This document shows, piece by piece, positions 41,901 through 51,594 of a DNA stretch of 64,000 nt. The notes beneath the pieces are model-generated. The model was not told the origin of the DNA. It searched no databases and saw only the letters and a program-made list of their open reading frames with translations. Position numbers and translations under genes: made by a program. The first letter of the stretch is position 1. Every line of letters starts with the position of its first letter. Where the stretch lies: sequence record MW272540.1; one strand, written 5' to 3'.

Positions 41901-42474
41901 AGTAAACAATACGCTTGTTCACACCTAGATATATATTTTTCACATCCTTACAGATACGAGACACAGAACCAAGAATTTCGTGATATTCACTATCTTCCGC
42001 AATAAAATTCTCAACGTTTGTTACGTTAGCAATACCCGGATCATAGATAAAATATTCATTCATCAAACTTGCTTGTAACCGACCATTATTAAAATCGATG
42101 TAATCCATTTTATTTTTATAGAGTTTTTTGTCTATAAATTCAAAAGACGGTATGAACTTCTCCATAGTTGTTATTTGATATGCGTTGGTTGAAAAGGTTT
42201 CTATTACATCACTAACAACCCAATCCCCACGTTCCATACCCGGATGTGTTACCAAAACTCTAAATTTATATTTCGTATCTGGAATTAAAGATGAACTAAA
42301 ATATTCGGGGGTGTATTGCACCCCCAATTGTGTCCAACTTTCAACCCCACCCGAAACAAGTGTGTATTCTACAAGATAGAAAAAGTTAGATCCAACGTCA
42401 TCCCATTTTAAATGAATGAAGTTAGCACCCAACATCGACACACGAAGACTTGTTATTGAAGGGGATTTAATCAT
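38977..42474 (-). CDS. gp7: Baseplate wedge initiator
   Basis: IKSPSITSLR, VFGNTEEER, YPREKD, KGTIDSYKFLFK, FVHPVGFGFIG. Confidence 0.93.
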   Translation of the reverse strand: MIKSPSITSLRVSMLGANFIHLKWDDVGSNFFYLVEYTLVSGGVESWTQLGVQYTPEYFSSSLIPDTKYKFRVLVTHPGMERGDWVVSDVIETFSTNAYQITTMEKFIPSFEFIDKKLYKNKMDYIDFNNGRLQASLMNEYFIYDPGIANVTNVENFIAEDSEYHEILGSVSRICKDVKNIYLGVNKRIVYSFEKYQNYCKVTNDGGQNWYYYQAVTDRIGYPAGNTVMSQNSNTSFLLGYDYAFYGRNVNDVRFSSDQYYWSDDQLTFVKMDTDMTIPFPTMFFGTFALYPDDIRRKVEAQTVSSRWLYAAADGVCRRIMLSGGPVDSNGKIIWDPVSYQICDNPNVVVKKLDSLNDVCYALVSGEIEPGGDKRDPHQVKKSSYSGVYRFDEIYKKEDFVLGDLNYTDPDGSNYVNGIDVSREMVTFLPNGSHVGQVSTRWESRVFRGRTHGVLMEVNFVSPENHDSFQFIADIYSDITNKVIDPVKYGRFVADFAYPAVFDLYEENGQIVKPSVPDGGSWVRVFGNTEEERYNIEHLYSDMSTDGTKLFVSGATYRYSDTVVDTDLPLKYPDEVDSAVKYSSEFGYLSDKKVYLYQWETEDGSEFKLKPANYYNEAGFDYMAMTGERIWKNHENRIVLITPSTKYQYTIDTERNINKEVWDKGTVTFYLDNINFQNFSKYCNGILIHSLYNRENSLGGEIFGYYEFPYRVRDEASIIWRPEHVAMQAQLVNQERDVVVDTTQTEGLVDPDISPMLQVMGPEYYFNDSNFSKFIEYYFQFLSDGTDSMYGKLLNFIKLKYPREKDSFVYLWSEMRRRNIYLDQDKRDAVVKFFEANANNFYSSKGTIDSYKFLFKLLYNADVDVEIESQVGIDYDIMVKSSNISTDLVGRTIFTETGRANVTYIERQFVDGQLRWKITIHNLIGKFETGQEIKSESSSFTGEITRGVRGKELAYSDIDYINRNRSYYMMRIRSELNTARYKEDVIRFVHPVGFGFIGITLLTVFVNGGISMAHNETVVDINKSFRWDSGLPSLTPKYKTIQDPNGSFLDPSPLFDPVTGQLMEEELVQTPFDVSAWNNAINESTGSVFEARNYDTDESDWVIGGVVYTPSERRLDGSPLFSAFSSRFSDLKRLSERRLKDDIGLPRDVSNLVVPVSPSQVKVNK

Positions 42475-42475
42475 T

Positions 42476-44434
42476 TTATATTACCACCGGATTCATTTCA
42501 ATAGTTGTATATTGTGGTCGCAGGTTGTTTTCGAAAACAATCAAAGTACCGTATGAAGGGAATATATTCAAAGAGGTCGGTACACTATGAAGCTCGATAT
42601 AAGCTGCAACAAATTGGTCTGGATCTTTATTCAAAACACCAATATCAAAAGATATCTGGTCCATCTCATAGTTAATAGATCCCACTACATAGTATTTACT
42701 GCGATCATCAATCACCTTACGATCAAAATCAGTACCTGTATATTCAGGAACTGCTGTGATGTGTCCCGCAGCAAATGGACCAATAAGCATGAGACCAGTG
42801 TTTGCAGAATGTATACCAGACGGGTCTGGGATGTCATTCTTTTTGGTCGCCACATAATGAACATCATAACTAGTTGTTGCATTATGGGTATATTTGATTT
42901 CCGAACTATATACAGAACCTTCAACAAGATCATTGTTATATTGGATACCGTTCATAGGACTTACCAAATAATTATCAATTTCTCTAACTAGTCCGATTTC
43001 AGTTTCTGTACCCAGAATCGAAACGTCAGTTTTATCTATACGACCGTTCATTTTAGAGGTATAAAAACCAGCGTTGAAGATTTCAACTTCTTCGGTATAA
43101 TACCGGTCGATAGAATTCAGGATCTGACCTTGTAACCATTCCTCGGTCTGGGGAAGTTGGTTAAGTGCATAAGTCACCTTTGCATGTGTTTTAACATACA
43201 TGTAGTTTGGACTGTGGACAACCGGTGTGATTGTTGCAACGTTATAAGGTCTCAGATAGTTTTGAATATCTTCTTTTTGTACCGTAGTCAGATACAGACC
43301 ATCTTTTGGCTTAATTGCAATAAAAGCATATCCCGGCTTTTCTGTATCAGTATAACACTGGATCGCTTGTACAATATTACCAAAGCGACTAGATACGAAT
43401 GTTTCGTAATCTGAGGCAGTCACACAACGGCGCTGTGTTTCTCTCATAACCGGACCTAGGGCACGGATACGCTCGATATCTTCAACCTCACCACCACCGA
43501 TAGAACCGACATAATTTACGTCGTTGATCCCATCCGGGCTTGTCGGGTTTTCTCCGATTGATTCCACAACCAGATTAGGAATAGTATCAACATAATCAAA
43601 TCCACGTGTACCATTAGCAACAGAACCTTTTGTGCTAATATATTCAACCACAATAGTATCACCAACGGCTGGTCGCATACCACCAACGTAATTACTACGC
43701 AACATCCCATTTGTATCAACCGTAGATTCCCCCTCACCGAAATAAATTTCTGTGAATGAATCTATCGTTTCTCTTTGATAAAAAATGGTAGATGTTCCAC
43801 CAACTCTAACTATAGGTTTGTTAGTCCAATCATCCCATTTTGCACCGTTCACATAAACATTTACATATCTACGGTCAATATTAGGGTCTTGAATAATTAT
43901 ACTTCCATCTTTACCAAAAGTTATTTCATTTCTGATAATACGCCCCTGAACAAGATTTAAGTCGGTGATATATCGCTTGTTGATTCCACGAATAACCTCA
44001 ACGTCTTCCCAAGTCACATAATCATAAAATTCAACTTCTTCAATGGATGCAGTAAACTTAGTACCCTTCGGAATGGTAATAGAAATTGGGCTACTATCAA
44101 TCGGACTATAATATGCCTGAAACCTGATGGTATTTGTTGATGCACTCATCCCAAAAGGCATATATCCTTGATCCTGTGCATGTTGAACAACAGACGGTCT
44201 CAATCTGGCGGTTTGACTATATCCTTCAAACAAAGCACCATTAGCGAATTGTTGATGATACATAAGGGCATAAGACATCGCTTCTACGAGAGAAGTTAAT
44301 CTAGAACCTTCAAAATCATAATCTTTAAATTCATCTTGGTTTTTTAAAAAAGTTTTTAGTTTATCTTTAAATCCATCAAATGTACTTTCTTTAAATACAC
44401 TAGGGATTTCAATTTGGTTAATTTTATTAGCCAT
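42476..44434 (-). CDS. gp6: Baseplate wedge subunit
   Basis: DYDFEGSRL, QRRCVTASDY, FENNLRPQY. Confidence 0.95.
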   Translation of the reverse strand: MANKINQIEIPSVFKESTFDGFKDKLKTFLKNQDEFKDYDFEGSRLTSLVEAMSYALMYHQQFANGALFEGYSQTARLRPSVVQHAQDQGYMPFGMSASTNTIRFQAYYSPIDSSPISITIPKGTKFTASIEEVEFYDYVTWEDVEVIRGINKRYITDLNLVQGRIIRNEITFGKDGSIIIQDPNIDRRYVNVYVNGAKWDDWTNKPIVRVGGTSTIFYQRETIDSFTEIYFGEGESTVDTNGMLRSNYVGGMRPAVGDTIVVEYISTKGSVANGTRGFDYVDTIPNLVVESIGENPTSPDGINDVNYVGSIGGGEVEDIERIRALGPVMRETQRRCVTASDYETFVSSRFGNIVQAIQCYTDTEKPGYAFIAIKPKDGLYLTTVQKEDIQNYLRPYNVATITPVVHSPNYMYVKTHAKVTYALNQLPQTEEWLQGQILNSIDRYYTEEVEIFNAGFYTSKMNGRIDKTDVSILGTETEIGLVREIDNYLVSPMNGIQYNNDLVEGSVYSSEIKYTHNATTSYDVHYVATKKNDIPDPSGIHSANTGLMLIGPFAAGHITAVPEYTGTDFDRKVIDDRSKYYVVGSINYEMDQISFDIGVLNKDPDQFVAAYIELHSVPTSLNIFPSYGTLIVFENNLRPQYTTIEMNPVVI

Positions 44435-44855
44435 CTGATAGTTCCATTTTTAACTGGATCACAGAAGATATATCAGTGATCAGGGAATAATATATAGTGA
44501 CAATATATTCGTTTCTGTCATACATTGGGATGACTTGAACCTGTCGTATTTTTACTCTTGGTTCATAATTTCTAATTGCGTCGAATATACTTCTCTCAAC
44601 TGCACTAGTTGACGCATCGTTCATAAGTTCAAATAACTGAGCATTGATATCACAACCAAAATTAGGATCAAACGGTTTTTCTCCTTTTCTAGTCGCTATA
44701 ATACCAGCCATTGATTGTTGTACTGCATTAACGTTTGTCGTCATCAAAACGTCATTTGTTTTTATATCCCGACGAAAAAAAGGATCTATATCTGAATAAT
44801 ATATATCCTTTTCATTGGTCAGAATTTTTAATCTATTTCCAAAAAAACCAGCCAT
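44427..44855 (-). CDS. gp25: Baseplate wedge/sheath initiator
   Basis: YSDID, GEKPFDPNFGC, IRNYEPRV. Confidence 0.93.
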   Translation of the reverse strand: MAGFFGNRLKILTNEKDIYYSDIDPFFRRDIKTNDVLMTTNVNAVQQSMAGIIATRKGEKPFDPNFGCDINAQLFELMNDASTSAVERSIFDAIRNYEPRVKIRQVQVIPMYDRNEYIVTIYYSLITDISSVIQLKMELSDG

Positions 44856-44863
44856 TAATTACC

Positions 44864-45160
44864 TCACACGACAAAAATATTAGAGGAACATTCAACAATG
44901 ACCTCGCCTTCTGTACAAATATCAGCCAATTGCGCAACACGTTTTCCTTCGATAAAAACCTTCGCACTACTAGCAATAACGAGACCTGATTTAGGACTCG
45001 GATCATCACCGGGTTTTATATGTGTTATCACCCGGTCATCTTCCCTAACCAATATTTGTTTACCATTAGCAAAAACCGTTGTGGTAGTACCAACAACCCG
45101 ACTTGGTAGCCAAGGTCCGGGTCCAATTGTTTTTGCATTATTTAATACTAATCCAGCCAT
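44864..45160 (-). CDS. gp5.4: PAAR-like spike tip protein
   Basis: 98 aa; T.G.GPW.P, SAKVFIEGK.VAQLAD; synteny. Confidence 0.75.
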   Translation of the reverse strand: MAGLVLNNAKTIGPGPWLPSRVVGTTTTVFANGKQILVREDDRVITHIKPGDDPSPKSGLVIASSAKVFIEGKRVAQLADICTEGEVIVECSSNIFVV

Positions 45161-45161
45161 T

Positions 45162-45674
45162 TCATATCCCCAATTTAGGAAAAGGACCAGACGAATTAAC
45201 GTAAGCCCTAAATTTTGCAACCCACCCATCGAAAGAACCAATTATCGTCATGGTTTCCACTTTCTGAATTGTGTTTCTAACAGGTAGTGTCGGAACAGTG
45301 ATATCGTCATAAACCAACGTCTGTGTGTATGTTACAACCCGTTTAAGCTCACTTGGTGGGTCGAACGCCACGAGGTCACAGGTAGACGGTTCAGGTAGGT
45401 TAGCAAATGCGTTTGTTTGGGTTATCTGTAGCGTTGTCCTATCTCGATAGCGCAAAACTAAGTCAACTTTTCCATCAAAATAGTCATTGACATGACCGTG
45501 TAATCTGTTACCATCTAACAAAATCCCATCGGGCGATAAATCCTCCGATGGAGTTACAACGAAGCTAACAAACTGTTCAGACGGGGTTAGTGTATAGCTA
45601 AATGTGCTATCAACCTGAGTCTCCCCATCAAATATAGTGGGTTTCCAGTTTGTTGGTATGTTTATTTGTGCCAT
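45162..45674 (-). CDS. gp5.1: gp5.1-like protein
   Basis: NRLHG, LRYR, LVYD, IIGSFDGWVAKFRAYV; GGAG SD and CTAAATA just upstream of ATG 45674. Confidence 0.75.
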   Translation of the reverse strand: MAQINIPTNWKPTIFDGETQVDSTFSYTLTPSEQFVSFVVTPSEDLSPDGILLDGNRLHGHVNDYFDGKVDLVLRYRDRTTLQITQTNAFANLPEPSTCDLVAFDPPSELKRVVTYTQTLVYDDITVPTLPVRNTIQKVETMTIIGSFDGWVAKFRAYVNSSGPFPKLGI

Positions 45675-45731
45675 ATAAAAAATCCTCCATATGGAGTATT
45701 TAGGGCTGTTTATATAAAAAGAGGTTATAAA

Positions 45732-46076
45732 ATGGAATCTTTCCAATTTAAAAGTGTAGAATCGTTTATTGCTTTTAAGCATAAAAGCGTGGACAATAAC
45801 AAGATCGGAGACAAAATTGGGCTTGGTCCATTTGTTGTTACAAATTTCGTACATGGTAGAATTTTGGGTATTCAAGATCAAGAAGAACTCGAAGAAGAAT
45901 TTTTCCCAATCTTTGATGAGGATGAGGTTAGAATGTATCTGACTAAATTATCTGAAAACAAACAGTCCAACTTAGAAGATTATAAAGTTAACGCACTTAA
46001 AAACGAATTACTGGTTATAAAAGCAAACTTAACCAAAGAGATTCATAGAATCGACACTCTACTGGATAATATGTAA
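45732..46076 (+). CDS. Hypothetical protein (antisense insert)
   Basis: GAGG SD; TAATG-coupled to the next ORF. Confidence 0.6.
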   Translation: MESFQFKSVESFIAFKHKSVDNNKIGDKIGLGPFVVTNFVHGRILGIQDQEELEEEFFPIFDEDEVRMYLTKLSENKQSNLEDYKVNALKNELLVIKANLTKEIHRIDTLLDNM

Positions 46077-46351
46077 TGAAACTAATTTATATTGGAAGTA
46101 ATTATGGTGGTTTCAAACAAAATCAAATTCACAATTTTCGTGTTAGACGAGAACTAACTAATTTCCTAGAAAAGAATTTCGATAAAATAGAAAATGAAGA
46201 TGTTTTGATGAAAGTCGAAATGAAAGAAACTATTTATTGGGATTTCTGCCCATACGATATGGATGTTGGAAATGGAAAAATGACTTTCGTTTGGGACCTA
46301 GACAAAGAAATCCTATCAGATTTTATACATCATCGCGCACAAGAAATTTAA
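46076..46351 (+). CDS. Hypothetical protein (antisense insert)
   Basis: Coupled start; followed by a terminator. Confidence 0.55.
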   Translation: MKLIYIGSNYGGFKQNQIHNFRVRRELTNFLEKNFDKIENEDVLMKVEMKETIYWDFCPYDMDVGNGKMTFVWDLDKEILSDFIHHRAQEI

Positions 46352-46356
46352 AAAAC

Positions 46357-46384
46357 AAAAGGGAACCCGAAGGTTCCCTTTTTA
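46357..46384. terminator. Bidirectional terminator
   Basis: AAAAGGGAACC-cgaa-GGTTCCCTTTTT. Confidence 0.85.
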
Positions 46385-48202
46385 GTTAATATTCACAGTA
46401 GAACCACTAATCTCAGTTGTACCAGCAGAAGTGATAAGACTTTGTGCAGCTTGAGATTTATAATTTCCCCCAACTGTCGATGTAAAATTCCCACCGACAT
46501 TTAGATTATAATCCCCATCCACCGAATTATCACAGTTACCAGCCACTTGAGCAGTTAGGTTTCCTTCTATATTGCTATCTACGTTCCCGTTTACAGTTTG
46601 AGTAACGTTACCTTTAACTATTTGGTCCATATTTCCATGTATAGTTTCAGTAACATTTCCTTTCACAACTTGGGATAAGTTCCCGTCAACTTGTTGAGTG
46701 CAGTTACCCATAACATAAACAGTCGCATTACCTTCCACAACCGCTTGATAATCACCTTTCACGTTCAAATATTTATTGGCTAAATCTATTTCGAAATTCT
46801 CACCATATATCTTAGTTACTTGACGACCGTCACCAGACCACTCTATAAACGTCCCAGAGGGGTGTTTTCTATGGTATCTCTCAGCACCCGGAGTATCGTC
46901 GAACTCTTGAACATGCCCAGATTCAGACTCGTATACGTGGTTGTATGGGTATTGAGCCCGATACGCACTCTTTGGTTCTTCAAAAAGCAAACCATCATCG
47001 CGGGGAACTGGGGGAACTGACGGATCTTCTTCATCGTCCAAAGGAACTGGATCGGAAGTGACAGCAACCATCCTCATAAACGACGCAGTTGGAATATTAA
47101 TACTGTCAGTATCCAAAGACATGGTTCTTAAAGATATGGGGGGTGTCGGTTCTTGTGGGACCATCACACCATAAGATTCTAGGTTTCCGGTTAACACGAT
47201 CCTAGAAACTCGATTTGCCCGTCCGGGGGTTTGTTTAGCCCAGAGTGAATCTAACATCCCCTGTTGGGCTTCCTTCCATCGTTCGTTGTACATATGATCA
47301 AGCGTAGTTCTAAACTTAGCTAGACCACCGGCACCCATCTGAAAGGCCATGTTCTCTAAAGCCATCTGTCTAGACCGGTTAACTTTGACATAAACCTTTC
47401 TGATGTTTTCAAATCTCATCATATCAGATCTGGTTTTTTGGATATCCTCACTAAACAGCTTTGAAACGTCCTCTGGCGATATTGTTCCACCTTTGACAGG
47501 ATGACCTAGCTGTTGGGTTAGAATCGCGTCTATACGCGCTACGTCTCTTGTTTTCTCATGAATAATCAAGTGACCAATCCCGATGGTAGGATATCCCAAA
47601 GAATCCAAATACCATACGTTTCTAACGCCTTCATCACCCTTCAGCATTTTTTCTATGGTGAAATTCGGGTCATCGTCTTCTGGGATCTCATCTATGGGTC
47701 TGTCATCTGGTGCAACTGCAATAGAAGAGTTTTCATCTTGAGTATATACACCAAGAGGCATACCGTCAATTGATGGGGGGGCACTCCCGTTTATACTATC
47801 ACCCTTCTGACCACCACCCGCTAATATATTCACGTCATTTCCGATATATCTCGGAAATTGACCGAATGGGTCACAAAAACCTTTCAAAGTATTTGGTTGT
47901 TGAACATAGGATCCGGGGATTGTAAAAAGGATAAGACCATCTTGTTTAAATGCGTCCCTGAATATCCCACCAACCCAACTACCTTCAACTAAACCAGTCG
48001 GACTATCACCAACCCCAGATATAGATGCTGATGTAGTTGGTAGAGCCGAGTGAAACCAAAGTAATTCATCTGTTGGGATACCTAGCAAATCATTTTTTGA
48101 TTTTTGGTCCGTGTGTATCCCCATTACACGGACCCTATATCTACCTTGTTTTAGAGGGTCGAATCTATCCTCAACCACCCCAAAAAACCATTCTAAATTC
48201 AT
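46382..48202 (-). CDS. gp5: Baseplate hub/tail lysozyme
   Basis: FFGVVEDRFDPLKQGR, T4-lysozyme DEG..Y.DSLGYPTIGIGH, AQYPYNHV, VxG beta-helix repeats. Confidence 0.97.
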   Translation of the reverse strand: MNLEWFFGVVEDRFDPLKQGRYRVRVMGIHTDQKSKNDLLGIPTDELLWFHSALPTTSASISGVGDSPTGLVEGSWVGGIFRDAFKQDGLILFTIPGSYVQQPNTLKGFCDPFGQFPRYIGNDVNILAGGGQKGDSINGSAPPSIDGMPLGVYTQDENSSIAVAPDDRPIDEIPEDDDPNFTIEKMLKGDEGVRNVWYLDSLGYPTIGIGHLIIHEKTRDVARIDAILTQQLGHPVKGGTISPEDVSKLFSEDIQKTRSDMMRFENIRKVYVKVNRSRQMALENMAFQMGAGGLAKFRTTLDHMYNERWKEAQQGMLDSLWAKQTPGRANRVSRIVLTGNLESYGVMVPQEPTPPISLRTMSLDTDSINIPTASFMRMVAVTSDPVPLDDEEDPSVPPVPRDDGLLFEEPKSAYRAQYPYNHVYESESGHVQEFDDTPGAERYHRKHPSGTFIEWSGDGRQVTKIYGENFEIDLANKYLNVKGDYQAVVEGNATVYVMGNCTQQVDGNLSQVVKGNVTETIHGNMDQIVKGNVTQTVNGNVDSNIEGNLTAQVAGNCDNSVDGDYNLNVGGNFTSTVGGNYKSQAAQSLITSAGTTEISGSTVNIN

Positions 48203-49437
48203 GATACCACCTTACCCCGAATATCAGAATCAGAAATCAATTCTATATTCATAAAATATGTTTCTCTTGTTAATACATGGTTTATGGAATTAACCAACCA
48301 ATGACCAGCATCCTTAGATGTCATATCACCGTTCATATCACCAGCTATAATATTTACCACACTACCGCTTTTAATATCGGAGTTTCCCGCGATTTGAATA
48401 AGCATACGCTTTGCATTAAGAGACACACGATTCGTTGCTCTAATACCTAATGAGTTTCCATTAGACCCCATATTGATATACTTATACATCTGGTCTTCAG
48501 TTGTAAAAAGAACACAGGTATTTCTTTCCGGCTTAATATCCCCACCATACCAACTTTCTGGATTTAGCGTTGGATATATTTCTTTGACGGTCTGATAATC
48601 CTGATATTTATTTGTGTATAACTTTTTATCGATACTCATAGAGTGAACATCGACACCGAGACCACCTAATCTATATTGTTCTGGGATATTATATCCCTTC
48701 ACACGTTGCATTTTTATAATTTTGTTATACATCGTGGTATCGTGAGTTGCTTCAAATATTAAATCAACTACCGGGTCTTCAATAAGAAGGGAAGTCCCGG
48801 ATTTAAAATTTATACCGTCGATATTTTCAAATAAATAAAAGTTGCTATCGCCTTTCGCATTAGGCTCTGACGATTGGGAAGATTGTGCCAAGTGATTTAT
48901 AACAGCCAATGGTGTCATATTTGGAATAACAATATCCCGATTGTATAAAGTAGGTTCAATTTTCATCAATTCATCTGTATAACCAATAAGCTTAAGCATA
49001 TCTGAAATAATAGAATGAATAGATGTATTAGAATAACTCTTACTTACTTTCCTATACTCGTTATTATGTTCTTCCTCAGAAACAAAATGTATTCTAATAT
49101 ACTTTTTTGTTTGTGTCTCAGGCGAGGTTATATCTTCGTATCGCACTACTTTAAAATTTTTAGAAAACGTTGTTGCGTCTTCACCATTCAAATGAACGGA
49201 CCTAAAGCTTATTTGTATCTTTTCATCACCACGAGGGTTTATCGAGTTTATGAAGTTCATAAAATCAACAAAATCTAAAGTACCTTTGAAGAGACCTTGT
49301 GAGATCCCTTCAGTGATGCTTACAGATTTAAAAATCTCGGATAAATCAAACGCAGTTGGTTCAGAACCCTGATAAAAAGCAATACGATCAATCGTAAAGT
49401 TTTCATAAGCCGCCGTACTTCGTCTACTTATTCCCAC
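48199..49437 (-). CDS. gp27: Baseplate hub subunit
   Basis: GDEKIQISF, DIVIPNMTP, YLFENIDGINF, GHWLV..I.H. Confidence 0.8.
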   Translation of the reverse strand: MGISRRSTAAYENFTIDRIAFYQGSEPTAFDLSEIFKSVSITEGISQGLFKGTLDFVDFMNFINSINPRGDEKIQISFRSVHLNGEDATTFSKNFKVVRYEDITSPETQTKKYIRIHFVSEEEHNNEYRKVSKSYSNTSIHSIISDMLKLIGYTDELMKIEPTLYNRDIVIPNMTPLAVINHLAQSSQSSEPNAKGDSNFYLFENIDGINFKSGTSLLIEDPVVDLIFEATHDTTMYNKIIKMQRVKGYNIPEQYRLGGLGVDVHSMSIDKKLYTNKYQDYQTVKEIYPTLNPESWYGGDIKPERNTCVLFTTEDQMYKYINMGSNGNSLGIRATNRVSLNAKRMLIQIAGNSDIKSGSVVNIIAGDMNGDMTSKDAGHWLVNSINHVLTRETYFMNIELISDSDIRGKVVS

Positions 49438-49990
49438 GGATTTTCTCCATCATTCTGGTATATTCATCCATAAATCGACCTAAGTCGGTTGGATTTAATA
49501 CATTTATTGTACGTTTTGATTCATTTATACTCAATTCATGTTCTATAGCAGTCACCGGAACAAGAACACCAGTATGTTGAATGAATCTATGCAACTTATC
49601 GCCTTCGTCATACCAAACACCAGAACCAATAGGATATTCCACAACCCTAAAATACATCTCACCATTTGGGTCTAGATGATACAAAACTGTACCCTCTTTT
49701 TGTGGCAAGTTTTGATATTTTTTAGCGGTATACTTGTGTACTATTTCTTCTGGACATATCCAATCATAAAATGGGTCGTAGATATCGTTTAAATATAAAA
49801 GGATCCAATAATATTTTGTATCTCCATATAGTTCATAAGATACATTTTCCGGTCTAGGTGATCCGGAAAGAATATATTTCCGGATCACGAATTTTTTGAT
49901 TATTTCGTCAAAATAGCTACCATGCGGTTTAAATATATTCGCAGTAGGTGAACCATTATAACTTATTGGGGGGAAATAATTAAATAGCAT
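49424..49990 (-). CDS. gp53: Baseplate wedge subunit
   Basis: MLFNYFPPI, PRPENVSYELYG...YWILL..N.IYDP.YDW, NESKRTI. Confidence 0.92.
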   Translation of the reverse strand: MLFNYFPPISYNGSPTANIFKPHGSYFDEIIKKFVIRKYILSGSPRPENVSYELYGDTKYYWILLYLNDIYDPFYDWICPEEIVHKYTAKKYQNLPQKEGTVLYHLDPNGEMYFRVVEYPIGSGVWYDEGDKLHRFIQHTGVLVPVTAIEHELSINESKRTINVLNPTDLGRFMDEYTRMMEKIRGNK

Positions 49991-51057
49991 TATTTTTTAC
50001 CTCCATTACCAGAACCATAAGAACCAAAGAAAAATTCCCCAGTATCTGGTGTTCCAAGACCTTTAGTAAGTTCTTCCCAATAATCCCTATAAACTGGACG
50101 AAGTTCTGTTACAGTCAATTCAAAATCGATTGCAATAGAATCCGCAGCACTAGCGGAGAAGGTATCATACAATTGGTCTGGGGTTTTGTTTATTCGAATA
50201 TTAGATATACCAGCAGGCCCCATCGCAAATTTCGGGGTATATCTAATTTTTTGGGTTTGGTCTTGACTGACACGTTCCTCTATAAACCAAAGAGGCGGAA
50301 CTTCCAAAGACGTATAACCTTCACCAGAGGCAATTTGAGATTGAGTATCCAATCCAAGATCCGCAAGCGATACAGCCCCACGGTTTTCAGCCGAGCTAAG
50401 AACCATAAATGTTTTTATGATCTGACCGACTTCCTTCAATTCAGCAAGAGACCTTGGTCTGAATTGGAAAAGAAAGTTTTGTTGACGCACAGATGTACCC
50501 TTATACATCTGTGCACTACGGTCCCCTAGAACGTTACCAGTGACCTGTGAGTTGAATCTTTGGGTCAATCCACCCACTTCTACGGCAAGCTTCTGTAAAG
50601 CCGCTTTACCAGTCGCAGAAGCGGCATTACCAGCCTTATCCATCATACCATCTTGGTCTGATGCGTTAGCACGGTAATTCATCAAAACGTCTTGGATGAA
50701 ACCACCATCATTCGAATCATAGTTATGACTTATATTTTCGTTCATGTTGGGCATATATAGTTGAATTACAGCTAATGTTTCTTCATTGAAACTACCCTTA
50801 ACCGACCTCATTGACCTTTCTGTGATGTCGTTGTTACTCAAACCCCCAGTTGTTGGTTTTACCGCATAAAACACTAAATAGGACGAATGTCTATTATCGC
50901 TTCCCTTCAATGTCAATGGATATTGTAACGCACTAATTCCTTTTTGTTTGGTGTTTTTATTTTCGAGGATCAGAGTACCACCCTCAGTTTTTACCCCACC
51001 AGTACCAGCTAGAACACCATCAGCGGCTCTTGAGGCATCTACAATACTAACCTTCAT
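49990..51057 (-). CDS. gp48: Baseplate tail tube cap
   Basis: LQYP, IQLYMP, YKGTSVR..NFLF..PR, VPPLW. Confidence 0.85.
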   Translation of the reverse strand: MKVSIVDASRAADGVLAGTGGVKTEGGTLILENKNTKQKGISALQYPLTLKGSDNRHSSYLVFYAVKPTTGGLSNNDITERSMRSVKGSFNEETLAVIQLYMPNMNENISHNYDSNDGGFIQDVLMNYRANASDQDGMMDKAGNAASATGKAALQKLAVEVGGLTQRFNSQVTGNVLGDRSAQMYKGTSVRQQNFLFQFRPRSLAELKEVGQIIKTFMVLSSAENRGAVSLADLGLDTQSQIASGEGYTSLEVPPLWFIEERVSQDQTQKIRYTPKFAMGPAGISNIRINKTPDQLYDTFSASAADSIAIDFELTVTELRPVYRDYWEELTKGLGTPDTGEFFFGSYGSGNGGKK

Positions 51058-51083
51058 TAAAAACCCTCTTGGTTGTTTATCTT

Positions 51084-51099
51084 TATTTAGGGCTAAATA
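51084..51099. promoter_or_regulatory. Back-to-back late-type promoters
   Basis: TATTTAG-GG-CTAAATA between divergent gp48 and gp4. Confidence 0.75.
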
Positions 51100-51123
51100 C
51101 TAATATATATGGGGGATAAAATT

Positions 51124-51594
51124 ATGGCTGGAAGAAGTACATACAAAGGTCAATATTTCGTTAAGAATAGAGAAAAGTATAAAGGGGACCCAAAAAAGGT
51201 CACATATCGAAGTTCTTGGGAAAAATATATAATGGAAATGCTTGATAATAGTCCAGATGTTCGATATTGGAATAGTGAAGAGATGGTTATCCCATATTTT
51301 TCAAATGCGGACGGAAAGAAAAGGCGTTATTTCATGGATTTCTATATACAATGGGTGGATGGTAGTATTTCCCTATGGGAAGTAAAGCCACAGAAAGAAA
51401 CAATTCCGCCGGTTGCACCTAAAAGAAACACACTCAAGTCAAAACAGACTTTTATGGAACAAGTATATACATGGAACGTAAATACAGACAAATGGAAAAC
51501 CACCGCAGAAATCTGTAAGAAAAAAGGGTGGCGATTTAATATAATTACCGAATCCGCATTAAAAATGATGGGATTTAAAGGACTGAACAAATGA
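51124..51594 (+). CDS. gp4: Head completion protein
   Basis: KYKGDPKKVTYRSSWE, GKKRRYFMDF, EVKP, VNTDKW. Confidence 0.93.
   Translation: MAGRSTYKGQYFVKNREKYKGDPKKVTYRSSWEKYIMEMLDNSPDVRYWNSEEMVIPYFSNADGKKRRYFMDFYIQWVDGSISLWEVKPQKETIPPVAPKRNTLKSKQTFMEQVYTWNVNTDKWKTTAEICKKKGWRFNIITESALKMMGFKGLNK

Noticed and set aside
45675-45881. Upstream extension of the gp5.1 ORF given in the ORF track
   Set aside because: The SD and late promoter lie just before ATG 45674, and the extension overlaps a plus-strand gene.
46400-46760. Periodic repeats at the gp5 3' end
   Set aside because: Normal VxG octapeptide beta-helix of gp5.
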